From: Polynucleobacter necessarius
GTDB lineage: Bacteria; Pseudomonadota; Gammaproteobacteria; Burkholderiales; Burkholderiaceae
Reading direction: 5' to 3'
DNA: 32,000 nt
Assembly (NCBI RefSeq): GCF_900095195.1
Contig: NZ_LT606950.1
Span: forward strand, 1,099,945-1,131,944
The translations under genes were made by a program, and so were the position numbers. Shown here one piece after another: positions 1 through 8,160 of the stretch. The notes under the pieces are model-generated. The model had not been told where the DNA came from. It saw only the letters and a program-made list of their open reading frames with translations, and did not search any database. How positions within the stretch are numbered: position 1 is the first letter of the stretch; each line of letters begins with the position of its first letter.

Positions 1-369
1 CTTCTTGATCTCGCCGTAAATCAAGAACACTGGATTGATTCAGCCACTTTCGCAGATTATTTTGCTATTGCGCAAGCTGCACCAGGACCCAATTTCATGA
101 CAGTCACTCTAGTCGGCTGGCATGTTTATGGGTTAGCAGGAGCCATTCTAGCCTCCATCGCAATATGCTGGCCTCCCTCAGTGAGGGTTTTATTTCTTGA
201 GCGCTACATCACGAAAATTCAAGACCACGAGAAGAAAAAAATTATTCAATACGCAGCTGCGGCTCTAGCTATTGGCTTAGTGCTTACCTCATCCTGGAAG
301 CTTACTGTTGGTTTTAATGATCATTGGACTGCAATTGTATTAACAATTTTTGTCGCAGTCGTTACGTAA
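1..369 (+). CDS. chrA: Chromate transporter (CHR/ChrA family), C-terminal part; the 5' end lies outside the window
   Basis: Frame 1 is open from base 1 (LLDLAVNQEHWIDSATFADYFAIAQAAPGPNFMTVTLVGWHVYG...). It has the AQAxPGPN motif and the hydrophobic helices typical of ChrA. Stop TAA at 367-369. Confidence 0.75.
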   Translation, partial: LLDLAVNQEHWIDSATFADYFAIAQAAPGPNFMTVTLVGWHVYGLAGAILASIAICWPPSVRVLFLERYITKIQDHEKKKIIQYAAAALAIGLVLTSSWKLTVGFNDHWTAIVLTIFVAVVT

Positions 370-393
370 TTTTCCAAGATACACCCGCTCTAC

Positions 394-419
394 CTGATAG
401 CGCTCGGAGCGCTAATCAG
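394..419. terminator. Imperfect GC-rich hairpin between convergent chrA and tctA ends
   Basis: ctgatagcgctc-g-gagcgctaatcag is an inverted repeat with one bulged A. There is no clear T-run on either side, so terminator function is uncertain. Confidence 0.35.
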
Positions 420-434
420 AGGCGCAGGCTTAAT

Positions 435-1922
435 CTAAACAGCTGCTTTGCGAGATCTCACTAGGCGTAAAACATTTGGGATAACCAGCAAAGCAATTGC
501 AATCACCATCAATGTGCCCGATATTGGTCGCGTAAAAAATGTGGACCAATTTCCCTGACTGATCGTTAGGGCTTGTCGCATAGACTGCTCTGCCATTGGA
601 CCCAAGATTAACCCGATAATCATCGGCGCAGCGGGAAAATCAAAACGTCGCATGCCAAAGAAATCCGAAGAAAAATAAAAGTCCAACATCGAATACAGAA
701 TTAGGGGATCCGTAAACCCCAGCTACTGAGATCACAACGATGCCAGCATAGAGCCATTGAGGAGGTATCTTTAATAACTTTACCCAAAGTCCAACTAGCG
801 GCAAATTAAGAACCAACAAAATGATATTGCCGATATATAAACTAGCAATCAAAGTCCAAACCGCTTTGCTGTGCAAACAGTGTAGGACCAACCTGAATAC
901 CATAGGATTCAAAGGCGGATAGGATAATCGCTGCTGTTGCCGATGTGGGAATACCCAAAGCCAGCAAAGGCATAGGCACTCCTACCGCGGAAGCATTGTT
1001 AGCCGCCTCAGGACCTGCGACTCTCTCTATGGCACCCTTACCAAACTCTTCTGGCTTTTTGGATAATTTCTTTCCCGTAAAGTACGAGAGCAATGTGGGT
1101 AACTCTGCGCCGCCAGCAGGCATTGCACCAATCGGAAAGCCTAATAAACCTCCCCGAATCATGCTTTCCAGGGTCTGGAAAAATCTTCTTTAGACAGCCA
1201 CAGGCTGTCCGATACTGCAAGCATCTCTGATTTCTTATTTTCCTTGCCTTGCAAGCTAGATATAAGGCCTCACCAATTGCAAAAAGCCCCACCGCAACAA
1301 TTGTTACCTCAATACCATCCAAAAATTCAGGTTGGCCAAATGTAAAACGGGGCTGTCCAGTTTGCAAATCAATGGCGATGAGTCCAAATAATAAACCTTG
1401 CTACTAATCTGATGAGACCTCGCAGAGCAGAACTTCCTAAAACGGCAGATACTGTAACCAAAGCAGAATCATGAGACTGAAATACTCTGCAGGCCCGAAA
1501 GCGAGTGCTGCATCAACTACCCAGGGAGCGAAAAACGTCAAAGCGATCGTGCCAATTGTTCCGGCTACAAAACGTCCAATTGCAGCCGTTGCTAGCGCAG
1601 ACCCTGCCCTACCGCGACGTGCCATCTTATTTCCTTCAAGCGAAGTCACAATCGTTGCTGATTCACCCGGTGTATTTAAAAGAATAGAAGTCGTTGAGCC
1701 ACCATACATTGCGCCGTAATAAATTCCGGCAAATAAAACAAAATAGCGGTTGCAGGAACCTTAAATGTTAATGGAAGCAATAATGCAATCGTCAGCGCCG
1801 GTCCAATGCCCGGCAATACGCCCACTAAGGTACCAACCAAGCAACCTAAGAACCCATAACATTAAGGTCATAGGTTCCAAAGCAACAGCAAACCCCTGCA
1901 TGAGGGAGTCAAATGAGCTCAT
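435..1922 (-). pseudogene. tctA: Tripartite tricarboxylate transporter large permease TctA, multiply frameshifted
   Basis: Six ORF fragments (1761-1922, 1437-1709, 1038-1367, 842-1162, 640-912, 435-689) lie in different frames. Together they spell a colinear TctA of about 496 codons (MSSFDSLMQGFAVALEP..., [35 protein letters not shown]..., [23 protein letters not shown]..., FDFPAAPMIIGLILGPMAEQSMRQAL...). At least 5 frame changes are needed. Confidence 0.85.
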
Positions 1923-2398
1923 AACTGTCTTTGCTTCAAAACTAAAACTGATTAATCGCCCCAAATCCACACCAAGGAGCACTGAGAATAAAGTCCAAAA
2001 AGCACCTGCGATACCCAGCACCATCAACATAGTTTTGATATTGAGCTTTGCATCAAAAGCCATTGATACACCCAAACCACACAATGTCGCGGGCATTAAA
2101 AAACCAATTACTTTTGCGAGAAAGATAAAAACAAATCCACCACCAAAAGATATATCACGCGCATTGAACCGCCTGGAAGTGGCCGCCCCTCTTCCTCATG
2201 TACACAGTCAGGCGCTTTATTCGTAATAGCGCTCAACAAATAAAAAACGCCTAATAAGGAAAGGAGTGCAACCAAAATTGACGGGGCTAATACTGGCCCT
2301 ACCTCGGAGTACATCGTAGACTCAGGAATGCTAAGAACTTGCCAAATTGCCACGCCACAAAACACCAGTAGAAAACTGGCCACCAGACGTGTACTCAT
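1923..2398 (-). pseudogene. tctB: Tripartite tricarboxylate transporter small membrane subunit TctB, frameshifted (3' boundary approximate)
   Basis: The 96-aa N-terminal fragment (2108-2398, MSTRLVASFLLVFCGVAIWQVL...) stops prematurely. The hydrophobic continuation (GGFVFIFLAKVIGFLMPATLCGLGVSMAF...LGIAGAFWTLFSVLLGVDLG) is readable only in another frame, with the shift near 2147. The ATG overlaps the tctC stop (ATGA at 2395-2398). Confidence 0.7.
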
Positions 2399-3373
2399 GC
2401 CAAACCTAACTCTTTGAGGACGGTTTCGGTTTCAGAAATGTACTTCTTAAGCTGCGCATCAAATGCAGTTCCCGATGCAAAAGCATCAATCCATTTTCTC
2501 TTTTCAAGCGTCTCTGCCCAACCCTTAGTGGCATAAATTTTTGTTGCGAGATCAATCAAGGCTGTCTTTTGGGCGGCATTAATGCCAGGCGCCCAAAAAT
2601 ACCGCGCCAATTTGCTGCAGTGACATTGACTCCGAGCTCCTTTAGGGTGGGCACATCTACGCCCGGAATTCTTTTACTACTCGAAACCGCTAGGGCCTTC
2701 ATTTTCCCCGCCTTGATTTGCTCCGCAAACTCAGAATACCCTGAGATTCCAGAAACCACTTGTCCGCCTAAAATTGCGGCATTTGCGGGGCCCCCGCCTG
2801 CAAAAACAACATATGCCGCATCCAGCGGATTCTTACCAAGCGCTTTAATGATTAAACCCAAAAGTTGATGATCTATACCGCCTGCGCTGCCACCTGCTAC
2901 CGAGACTGATTTTGGGTTTGCTTTAATAGCCTCTTCAAATTCTTTCCAAGTTTTGATCTTGCCGTCAGTAGGAGCCACAATGATTCCGGCCTCCTCAGTC
3001 AAACAAGCAATGGGAGTAACATCAGACATAGTTACTGGACTTTTATTGGTGATTGCTGCACCAACCATTACAAAACCGCCAACCATCAATGCATTAGCTT
3101 GCCCTTTACGTTGATTAACAAAACGGGGGAGCCCCACCATTCCACCAGCGCCACCAACATTTTCAAATTGAAATGACCCGACTAGACCGGCGTCTTTAGC
3201 AACTACTTCAATTGCCCTACCCGTGGTGTCCCAGCCACCTCCTGGAGCAGCAGGAATAAACATATTAATAGATTCAAACAGCGGTTTATTTTGAGCAAGG
3301 GCAAAGGAGGGGATTGTATTTACTAATGTAAATTTGAACCATAAACCAAAAATTCTCTGCGTGTTGTCTTCAT
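2395..3373 (-). pseudogene. tctC: Bug/TctC-family periplasmic tricarboxylate-binding receptor, two frameshifts
   Basis: An ATG at 3373 with a GGAGA RBS gives MKTTRREFLVYGSNLH, then TAG at 3323-3325. The signal peptide and mature protein continue in another frame (..FKFTLVNTIPSFALAQNKPLFESINMFIPAAPGGGWDTTGR...). A second shift at about 2592-2599 separates ..ANWRGIFG from APGINAAQKTALIDL...KELGLA. Total length is 979 nt, about 326 codons, which is typical for the family. Confidence 0.85.
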
Positions 3374-3469
3374 TTTTGTCTCCAAATTGACTTAGATTGC
3401 GAATCTAAATTCATATTAATTTAGTTTTCTAGAACTATACCTAAATTTAAGCTTAAGTAGCATTGATTT

Positions 3470-3880
3470 AGCGTAACGACTGAAAAGTCCAAATACCGAG
3501 GACTCGGAGCGCTTCTACGCGCATTTTTCAATAGCCAGTCTGCCAACGTAGTTTCGATTATTCCTTTGGGCACGTTACTTTCAAATATGGTGGGCGGGTT
3601 ATCTCATCGGTATCGCACTGGCTTTTTTTGGGGCAATCCAAATCTCTCACCGGAATGGAAATTGTTTGTCATTACAGGATTTTTAGGTGGCTTAACCACG
3701 TTTTCAAGTTTTTCCGCAGAAGTCGTCTCATTCGTCCAGCGTGGAGAGTTAGGGTGGGCTATTGGAACGGCGCTACTCCATTTGGAGGGATCTGTTGTTC
3801 TTACCATGCTCGGCCAAAGAAAATTGCAAGAATGGAACCCCACATTAACTTTGCCTCCTTTATTGAATAGTAAAGCCTAG
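3470..3880 (+). pseudogene. crcB: Fluoride channel CrcB/FluC, start lost and internally frameshifted
   Basis: Family motifs are present (..GLGALLR..IPLGTLLSNMVGG, then GYLIGIALAFFGA only in an alternative frame, then SPEWKLFVITGFLGGLTTFSSFS). No start codon precedes the first helix, and there are two frame switches around 3595-3650. The 3' end is extended and overlaps the neighbouring gene. Confidence 0.75.
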
Positions 3881-4641
3881 CATGCTAATTGAGCCCATCT
3901 CAATGCCATCTACGAAAACATTTGCAACCTCGCCCTCTTGTCTTAACGCCATTGCGTATAGAGCTGGCCAATAGTGCTCAGCAGTTGATATGGATAAATG
4001 GGCAGCTTCACCGTAACTACCATAATCAATCAGCGCATCGTATGCATTAGATTAAAGATTGTTAGCAAAGTAATTATTGGAGTCGACCGCCCACGGGTAA
4101 GGTGTGGAATCATCTCGCCAGTCAATAAGACGTAAATTGTGCATCACATTACCACTGGCGAGAATCAATATATTCTCATCACGCAAGGGCCTTAATTGTT
4201 TTGCAAGCTCGAAATGTTCTCTCGCTGTCTTTGGGCTGTCGAGACTTAATTGCACAACAGGCACATCCGCATTGGGATAAAGGTATTTCAGAATTGACCA
4301 TGCGCCATGATCAATACCCCATTCATTCTCCTCAAGAACAACCGGTACACCGAGTAACTCTTGAATACGATCCGCTAGCGCGGGACTTCCCGGCGCAGGG
4401 TATTGAATATCAAACAAAGCTTGAGGGAAGCCACCAAAGTCATGAATTGTTTTGGGGTTCGTCATCGCAGTAACCCAAGTCCCACGAGTCACCCAATGCG
4501 CAGAAATCGCCAAAATAGCATCAGGTCGCTGAAGTGATTCTCCAAGAGGGCTCCACAAGCCGCAGTAAAACAGTTGGGCTCTATGGCATACATCGGACTG
4601 CCATGGCCAGCAAATATTGCAGGTTGGCGATGGCGAGCCAT
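3860..4641 (-). pseudogene. ygiD: 4,5-DOPA dioxygenase extradiol (YgiD/LigB class III) homologue with a 2-nt insertion and an in-frame TAA
   Basis: MARHRQPAIFAGHGSPMYAIEPNCFTAA is in one frame. WSPLGESLQRPDAILAISAHW follows only after skipping a duplicated TG (plus-strand CACA at 4554-4557). An in-frame TAA at 4052-4054 is followed by 64 more open codons (SNAYDALIDYGSYGEAAHLSISTAEHYWPALYAMAL...). Length 782 nt minus 2 gives 260 codons. Confidence 0.85.
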
Positions 4642-4650
4642 TAAAACAAA

Positions 4651-4788
4651 TTAGCCAAAAACGTAACCAGTGTGAGCAGCCACCAATGCAAACAAAATTG
4701 CCAAACTTGTTGCAGCACCCAATATGACGATCAAGGTAATGATCTTCTTATTGATTTCCTCTTTAGATTCGTTATGCCATTCGTTCAT
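4651..4788 (-). CDS. Small hypothetical membrane protein (45 aa), not in the supplied ORF track
   Basis: The ATG is preceded by AAAGAGGA (SD-like) 7 nt upstream. Sequence: MNEWHNESKEEINKKIITLIVILGAATSLAILFALVAAHTGYVFG, a polar head followed by one clear TM helix. Stop TAA at 4651-4653. Confidence 0.45.
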   Translation of the reverse strand: MNEWHNESKEEINKKIITLIVILGAATSLAILFALVAAHTGYVFG

Positions 4789-4838
4789 GCTAAATCCTCT
4801 TTAAACACGTTCAGATTAATAATGGCCATGATTATCCA

Positions 4839-5006
4839 CTATCGACCGCGGCCAGCCTTACGCATCATGCCTTTTCCGCCACCAAACCCTGCCTGAGGCC
4901 TGCCAGCAGGTCCTGATGGGCCTTTTGGCGCTGGCGGACGGGCTGGTGGTTTTGAGATAACCGGCTTTGCTGGAGTTTTGGGGTTTGGTTTCTTATTGTC
5001 AGTCAC
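4839..5006 (-). CDS. Small basic Pro/Lys/Gly-rich hypothetical protein (55 aa, GTG start), not in the supplied ORF track
   Basis: GGAG lies 6 nt before the GTG. Sequence: VTDNKKPNPKTPAKPVISKPPARPPAPKGPSGPAGRPQAGFGGGKGMMRKAGRGR. It sits in a locally GC-rich stretch, 50 nt upstream of the 45-aa ORF on the same strand. Low complexity makes the call tentative. Confidence 0.35.
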   Translation of the reverse strand: MTDNKKPNPKTPAKPVISKPPARPPAPKGPSGPAGRPQAGFGGGKGMMRKAGRGR

Positions 5007-5034
5007 TTTGAGCTCCTATGGATATCATATTGCC

Positions 5035-5697
5035 ATGATTACCGACTATTCTATCCAAGCCGTCGCCATTAATGCGATTCCCTTGATTTTTGCTATCGCC
5101 ATCCACGAGGCAGCCCATGGTTATGCAGCCCATAAATTTGGGGATAACACCGCATACATGCTGGGCCGAGTAAGTCTTAATCCAGCCAAACATATAGATC
5201 CCGTTGGCACCATTTTGATTCCTTTGGCGCTTCTCTTGACGGGCTCACCGTTTTTAGTAGGTTACGCCAAACCAGTCCCTGTCAACTTTGGCCGCTTACG
5301 CAATCCTAGAATCGATTCCATTTGGGTTGCTTTAGCTGGTCCTGGCTCCAATTTCTTCCAAGCGCTGATTTGGGCAATATTCTTAATCCTGCTATTGGGT
5401 TTTGGAGTAAATGAGAAGTTCTTTATCTCCATGGCGCAAGCTGGCATTACCTGGAACTTGGGTTTGCTCGTCTTTAATCTTTTCCCCCTCCCGCCATTAG
5501 ATGGCGGGCGCATTCTTTCTAGCTTACTGCCAGCACGTCAGTCAATCGCATTAGGGAGATTAGAACCTTGGGGCTTTTTTATTGTTCTTGCCCTCGTATT
5601 TACCGGAATTATTGGCAATCTCTGGATGGAGCCATTAATGGCCTTTTTTAAATGGGTCGTATACCTATTTACGATGCCTCTGCAGAGGCTCTTTTAA
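5035..5697 (+). CDS. Site-2 protease family (M50) membrane metalloprotease
   Basis: HEAAHG (the HExxH motif) lies in the first TM region, and NLFPLPPLDGGR is the second conserved motif. I prefer the ATG at 5035 (MITDYSIQAVAINAIPLIFAIAIHEAAHGY) over the TTG at 4978 in the ORF track. Confidence 0.85.
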   Translation: MITDYSIQAVAINAIPLIFAIAIHEAAHGYAAHKFGDNTAYMLGRVSLNPAKHIDPVGTILIPLALLLTGSPFLVGYAKPVPVNFGRLRNPRIDSIWVALAGPGSNFFQALIWAIFLILLLGFGVNEKFFISMAQAGITWNLGLLVFNLFPLPPLDGGRILSSLLPARQSIALGRLEPWGFFIVLALVFTGIIGNLWMEPLMAFFKWVVYLFTMPLQRLF

Positions 5698-5738
5698 TTC
5701 GATTGTCATGCCAAATTCTTCGTTCTGGAGTATCCTGA

Positions 5739-5754
5739 TTTCACTTTAGTGAAA
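5739..5754. promoter_or_regulatory. Perfect 6-4-6 palindrome TTTCAC-TTTA-GTGAAA upstream of cytochrome c', candidate operator
   Basis: The inverted repeat is seen directly, 43 nt upstream of the cycP ATG. A TATAAAT -10-like element follows at 5764-5770. The regulator is unknown. Confidence 0.3.
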
Positions 5755-5796
5755 ACCATGCTGTATAAATTAATCAATATGAATAACGAGGTTTAT

Positions 5797-6249
5797 ATGA
5801 AGTTCCAAAAAATGATTCTTGCTACTACCGTTAGCGCTCTCACCATTGGGTCTGGTGTCGCGTTTGCGCAATTTCAAAAAGCTGAAGACGCAATTAAATA
5901 CCGTCAAAGTGTTTTTACCGTGATGGCAAACTCTTTTGGAAAAATCGGAGCTGTGGTGAAGGGTGAAGCCCCGTACATCAAAGATGAGGTCGCAAAAAAT
6001 GCTGCTGTTGTAGCAACCCTTTCAACATTACCTTGGCAGGCTTTTGGCCCGGGAACCGAGGGTGGCAAAGCACAGTCTGATGTTTGGTCCGATTCCGCAA
6101 AGTTCAAAGCAGCATCCGAAAAGATGCAACTAGCGGTAGCTAACTTGAACAAAGCCGCTCAATCTGGCGATCTCGGTAGCATCAAGAAATCTTTTGGAGC
6201 CGCTAGCCAGCCTTGCAAAGGCTGTCACGACGATTTCAAGAAAAAATAA
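5797..6249 (+). CDS. cycP: Cytochrome c' (class II c-type cytochrome)
   Basis: The ATG at 5797 follows GAGG. The signal peptide is MKFQKMILATTVSALTIGSGVAFA|QF. The body is helical and ends in the C-terminal haem site CKGCH (..PCKGCHDDFKKK). Confidence 0.85.
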   Translation: MKFQKMILATTVSALTIGSGVAFAQFQKAEDAIKYRQSVFTVMANSFGKIGAVVKGEAPYIKDEVAKNAAVVATLSTLPWQAFGPGTEGGKAQSDVWSDSAKFKAASEKMQLAVANLNKAAQSGDLGSIKKSFGAASQPCKGCHDDFKKK

Positions 6250-6916
6250 GATAACCAACCACTACAGCAATAACGCTTAAGAGAATTAGCGCGAAAGCGC
6301 GTTGTAAAACCCCATCTTTGGATGGCTGACCCAAGTCAGAAGGCGAATAGTCAGCCTCCTCGTTTGGGTCAATTTCTTTATCGCCCAACAACATCGGCTT
6401 GATTAAGTTTTCACCCTTATATTTCTTATAAAACCAAATGGCAGCGATATGAATGGTAACTAAGGTATAGATCAACACCTGATTACCTTCATGTATCTCC
6501 GACAAGAATGAAACTACTGCGTTAGGAACATATTTTGCTAATGGTCCCTGAAAAGCAATTTCATTGTCAACAAAAAGACCTGTTATCACCTGAACACTTA
6601 AAACAAATAACAAGGCAAAAACTGAAAGAGCGCCAATCGGGTTATGTCCCAAGTAGCGCGGCGACCTTCCCTGGAGATAACCTAAAATAGCCGACCGAGT
6701 CGGAAAGAATGCGGCAAAGCGCGCATGTTTTGAGCCAACAAATCCCCAAAGAATTCTGAAGATCAATAAGGTCAATATCGAATAACCAAAATAGGCATGC
6801 CACTCAATCGCATTACCGCCGATATTGACGCTAATGAAGCTCCCTGTAATACAGAGAACTAATAGCCAATGAAATAAACGAATCGGCAAATCCCAAACAC
6901 GAATAATTTTCTTCAT
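6236..6916 (-). CDS. Cytochrome b561 family / Ni-hydrogenase-type b cytochrome membrane protein
   Basis: MKKIIRVWDLPIRLFHWLLVL..., with four TM helices and conserved His residues (RLFHW, WHAYFGY, GHNPIGA, TIHIAAIW). It is convergent with cycP and overlaps its end by 14 nt. Confidence 0.8.
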   Translation of the reverse strand: MKKIIRVWDLPIRLFHWLLVLCITGSFISVNIGGNAIEWHAYFGYSILTLLIFRILWGFVGSKHARFAAFFPTRSAILGYLQGRSPRYLGHNPIGALSVFALLFVLSVQVITGLFVDNEIAFQGPLAKYVPNAVVSFLSEIHEGNQVLIYTLVTIHIAAIWFYKKYKGENLIKPMLLGDKEIDPNEEADYSPSDLGQPSKDGVLQRAFALILLSVIAVVVGYLIFS

Positions 6917-6958
6917 ACTTTAAGGATAAAGCACATTACCCCTTAAACTCACTGAAAT

Positions 6959-8160
6959 ATGAATCCAGGAAAAGCATTTAGAACCCTACCAATCTACCGC
7001 ATCGGAGCGACCTTAAGCTATCAAATTACGATGGTGGCGGTTGGGTGGCATATTTACGAGATTACCAATAGCGTCATATCGCTTGGCTTGATTGGCCTCG
7101 AGGAACTTGTGCCCTACTTCGCTCTAGCTCTTTATGCTGGTCATGCGGTCAATCACCATTCACGTAAATTGATTTCTGCCATTGCAGCAATCATTCATTT
7201 TCTTGTCGCACTTTTTCTTTGCGCCATTGCCCAAAACTGGCTATCACCTCCAGTGCCGTTGATTTACATCGCTATAGGATTCATCGGCATCGCGAGAGCA
7301 CTACTTCGACCCTCATACCAAGCATTATTTGGACAAATCATCCCGCGCGACCAACTAAGCAAATACATGGCTTATGGAAACGTCTCCTTTCAAATCTGTG
7401 TAGTAGCGGGTCCCGGATTAGGGGGTTGATGATTGGTTTCACAGGCTTAACCGCTACTTATGGATTGGCTGCGCTCTGCGGATTAATGAGTCTGTACGGC
7501 GTATCGTTCATTCAGGCGAAATCAGAAAAATCCAAACCCGCAGAAAACCTTTTGAAAAGCTTTAAACAGGGGTTTGATTACGTTCGCAAACATGACCTAA
7601 TTCTGAGCACGATGGCTTTAGATATGTTTGCCGTGCTATTTGGTGGTGCCGTCTCAATACTCCCTGCATTTGTGAGCGACGTTCTGCATGCCGGCCCCGA
7701 GACACTTGGTATTTTGAGGGCTGCTCCAGCGGCAGGATCGGTACTCATGGGCGTCTATCTTGCAAAACAGCCTATATTGCACAACTCCGGGAAATATTTG
7801 CTTCTATCGGTGGCAGGCTTTGGTCTCTCAATAATCTGTTTTGGACTTTCAACACAATTGTGGATTTGTGCTTTCTTTCTTCTGCTTTCAGGGTGCTTTA
7901 ATTCCGTCTCTGTAGTAATTCTAAGCAGTATCGTTCAATTAACAACACCCGATAACATGCGTGGAAGAATAAGCGCTATTAATGGAATATTCATCGGGCC
8001 ATCGAATGAATTAGGCGCTCTAGAGTCAGGTATTGCAGCCAGTCTTTTGGGTTTAGTCCCATCCATTATTTTTGGATGAGCTGCAACCTTACTGATTGTA
8101 TTGATCACGTATAGGCTTGCGCCAAATTTATATCGATTTCTTATCCGCGATATCACTTAA
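6959..8160 (+). pseudogene. MFS transporter (EntS/MFS_3-like) with a frameshift and an in-frame TGA
   Basis: ..VVAGPGLGG stops at a G5 run (7421-7425), and the sequence continues as LMIGFTGLTATYGL... in another frame. An in-frame TGA at 8077-8079 (..VPSIIFG*) is followed by 26 open codons encoding the last helix (AATLLIVLITYRLAPNLYRFLIRDIT). Length 1202 nt plus 1 gives 401 codons. Confidence 0.85.

Noticed and set aside
1765-2226. 153-aa plus-strand ORF
   Set aside because: It is a shadow ORF antisense to the tctA/tctB pseudogenes. It is Pro/Lys/Ser-rich with no family resemblance. The same reasoning applies to 11416-11856 (antisense to the TAXI gene), 15776-16183 (antisense to the M23 gene) and 29335-29676 (antisense to the MFS gene).
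3374-3565. Possible fluoride riboswitch (crcB motif) upstream of crcB
   Set aside because: I could not find the conserved GATG...CC / AACCGCC / CTGATGAT-type elements by eye. Only a covariance-model scan could settle this.
4672-4896. 74-aa plus-strand ORF from the supplied track
   Set aside because: It has no RBS and an implausible composition (MSSHQCKQNCQTCCSTQYDD..). It lies antisense to two better-supported small minus-strand ORFs that have SD sequences.
8077-8079. In-frame TGA in the MFS gene as selenocysteine or programmed read-through
   Set aside because: The gene is also frameshifted upstream, a transporter TM helix is not a selenoprotein context, and no SECIS-like hairpin follows.
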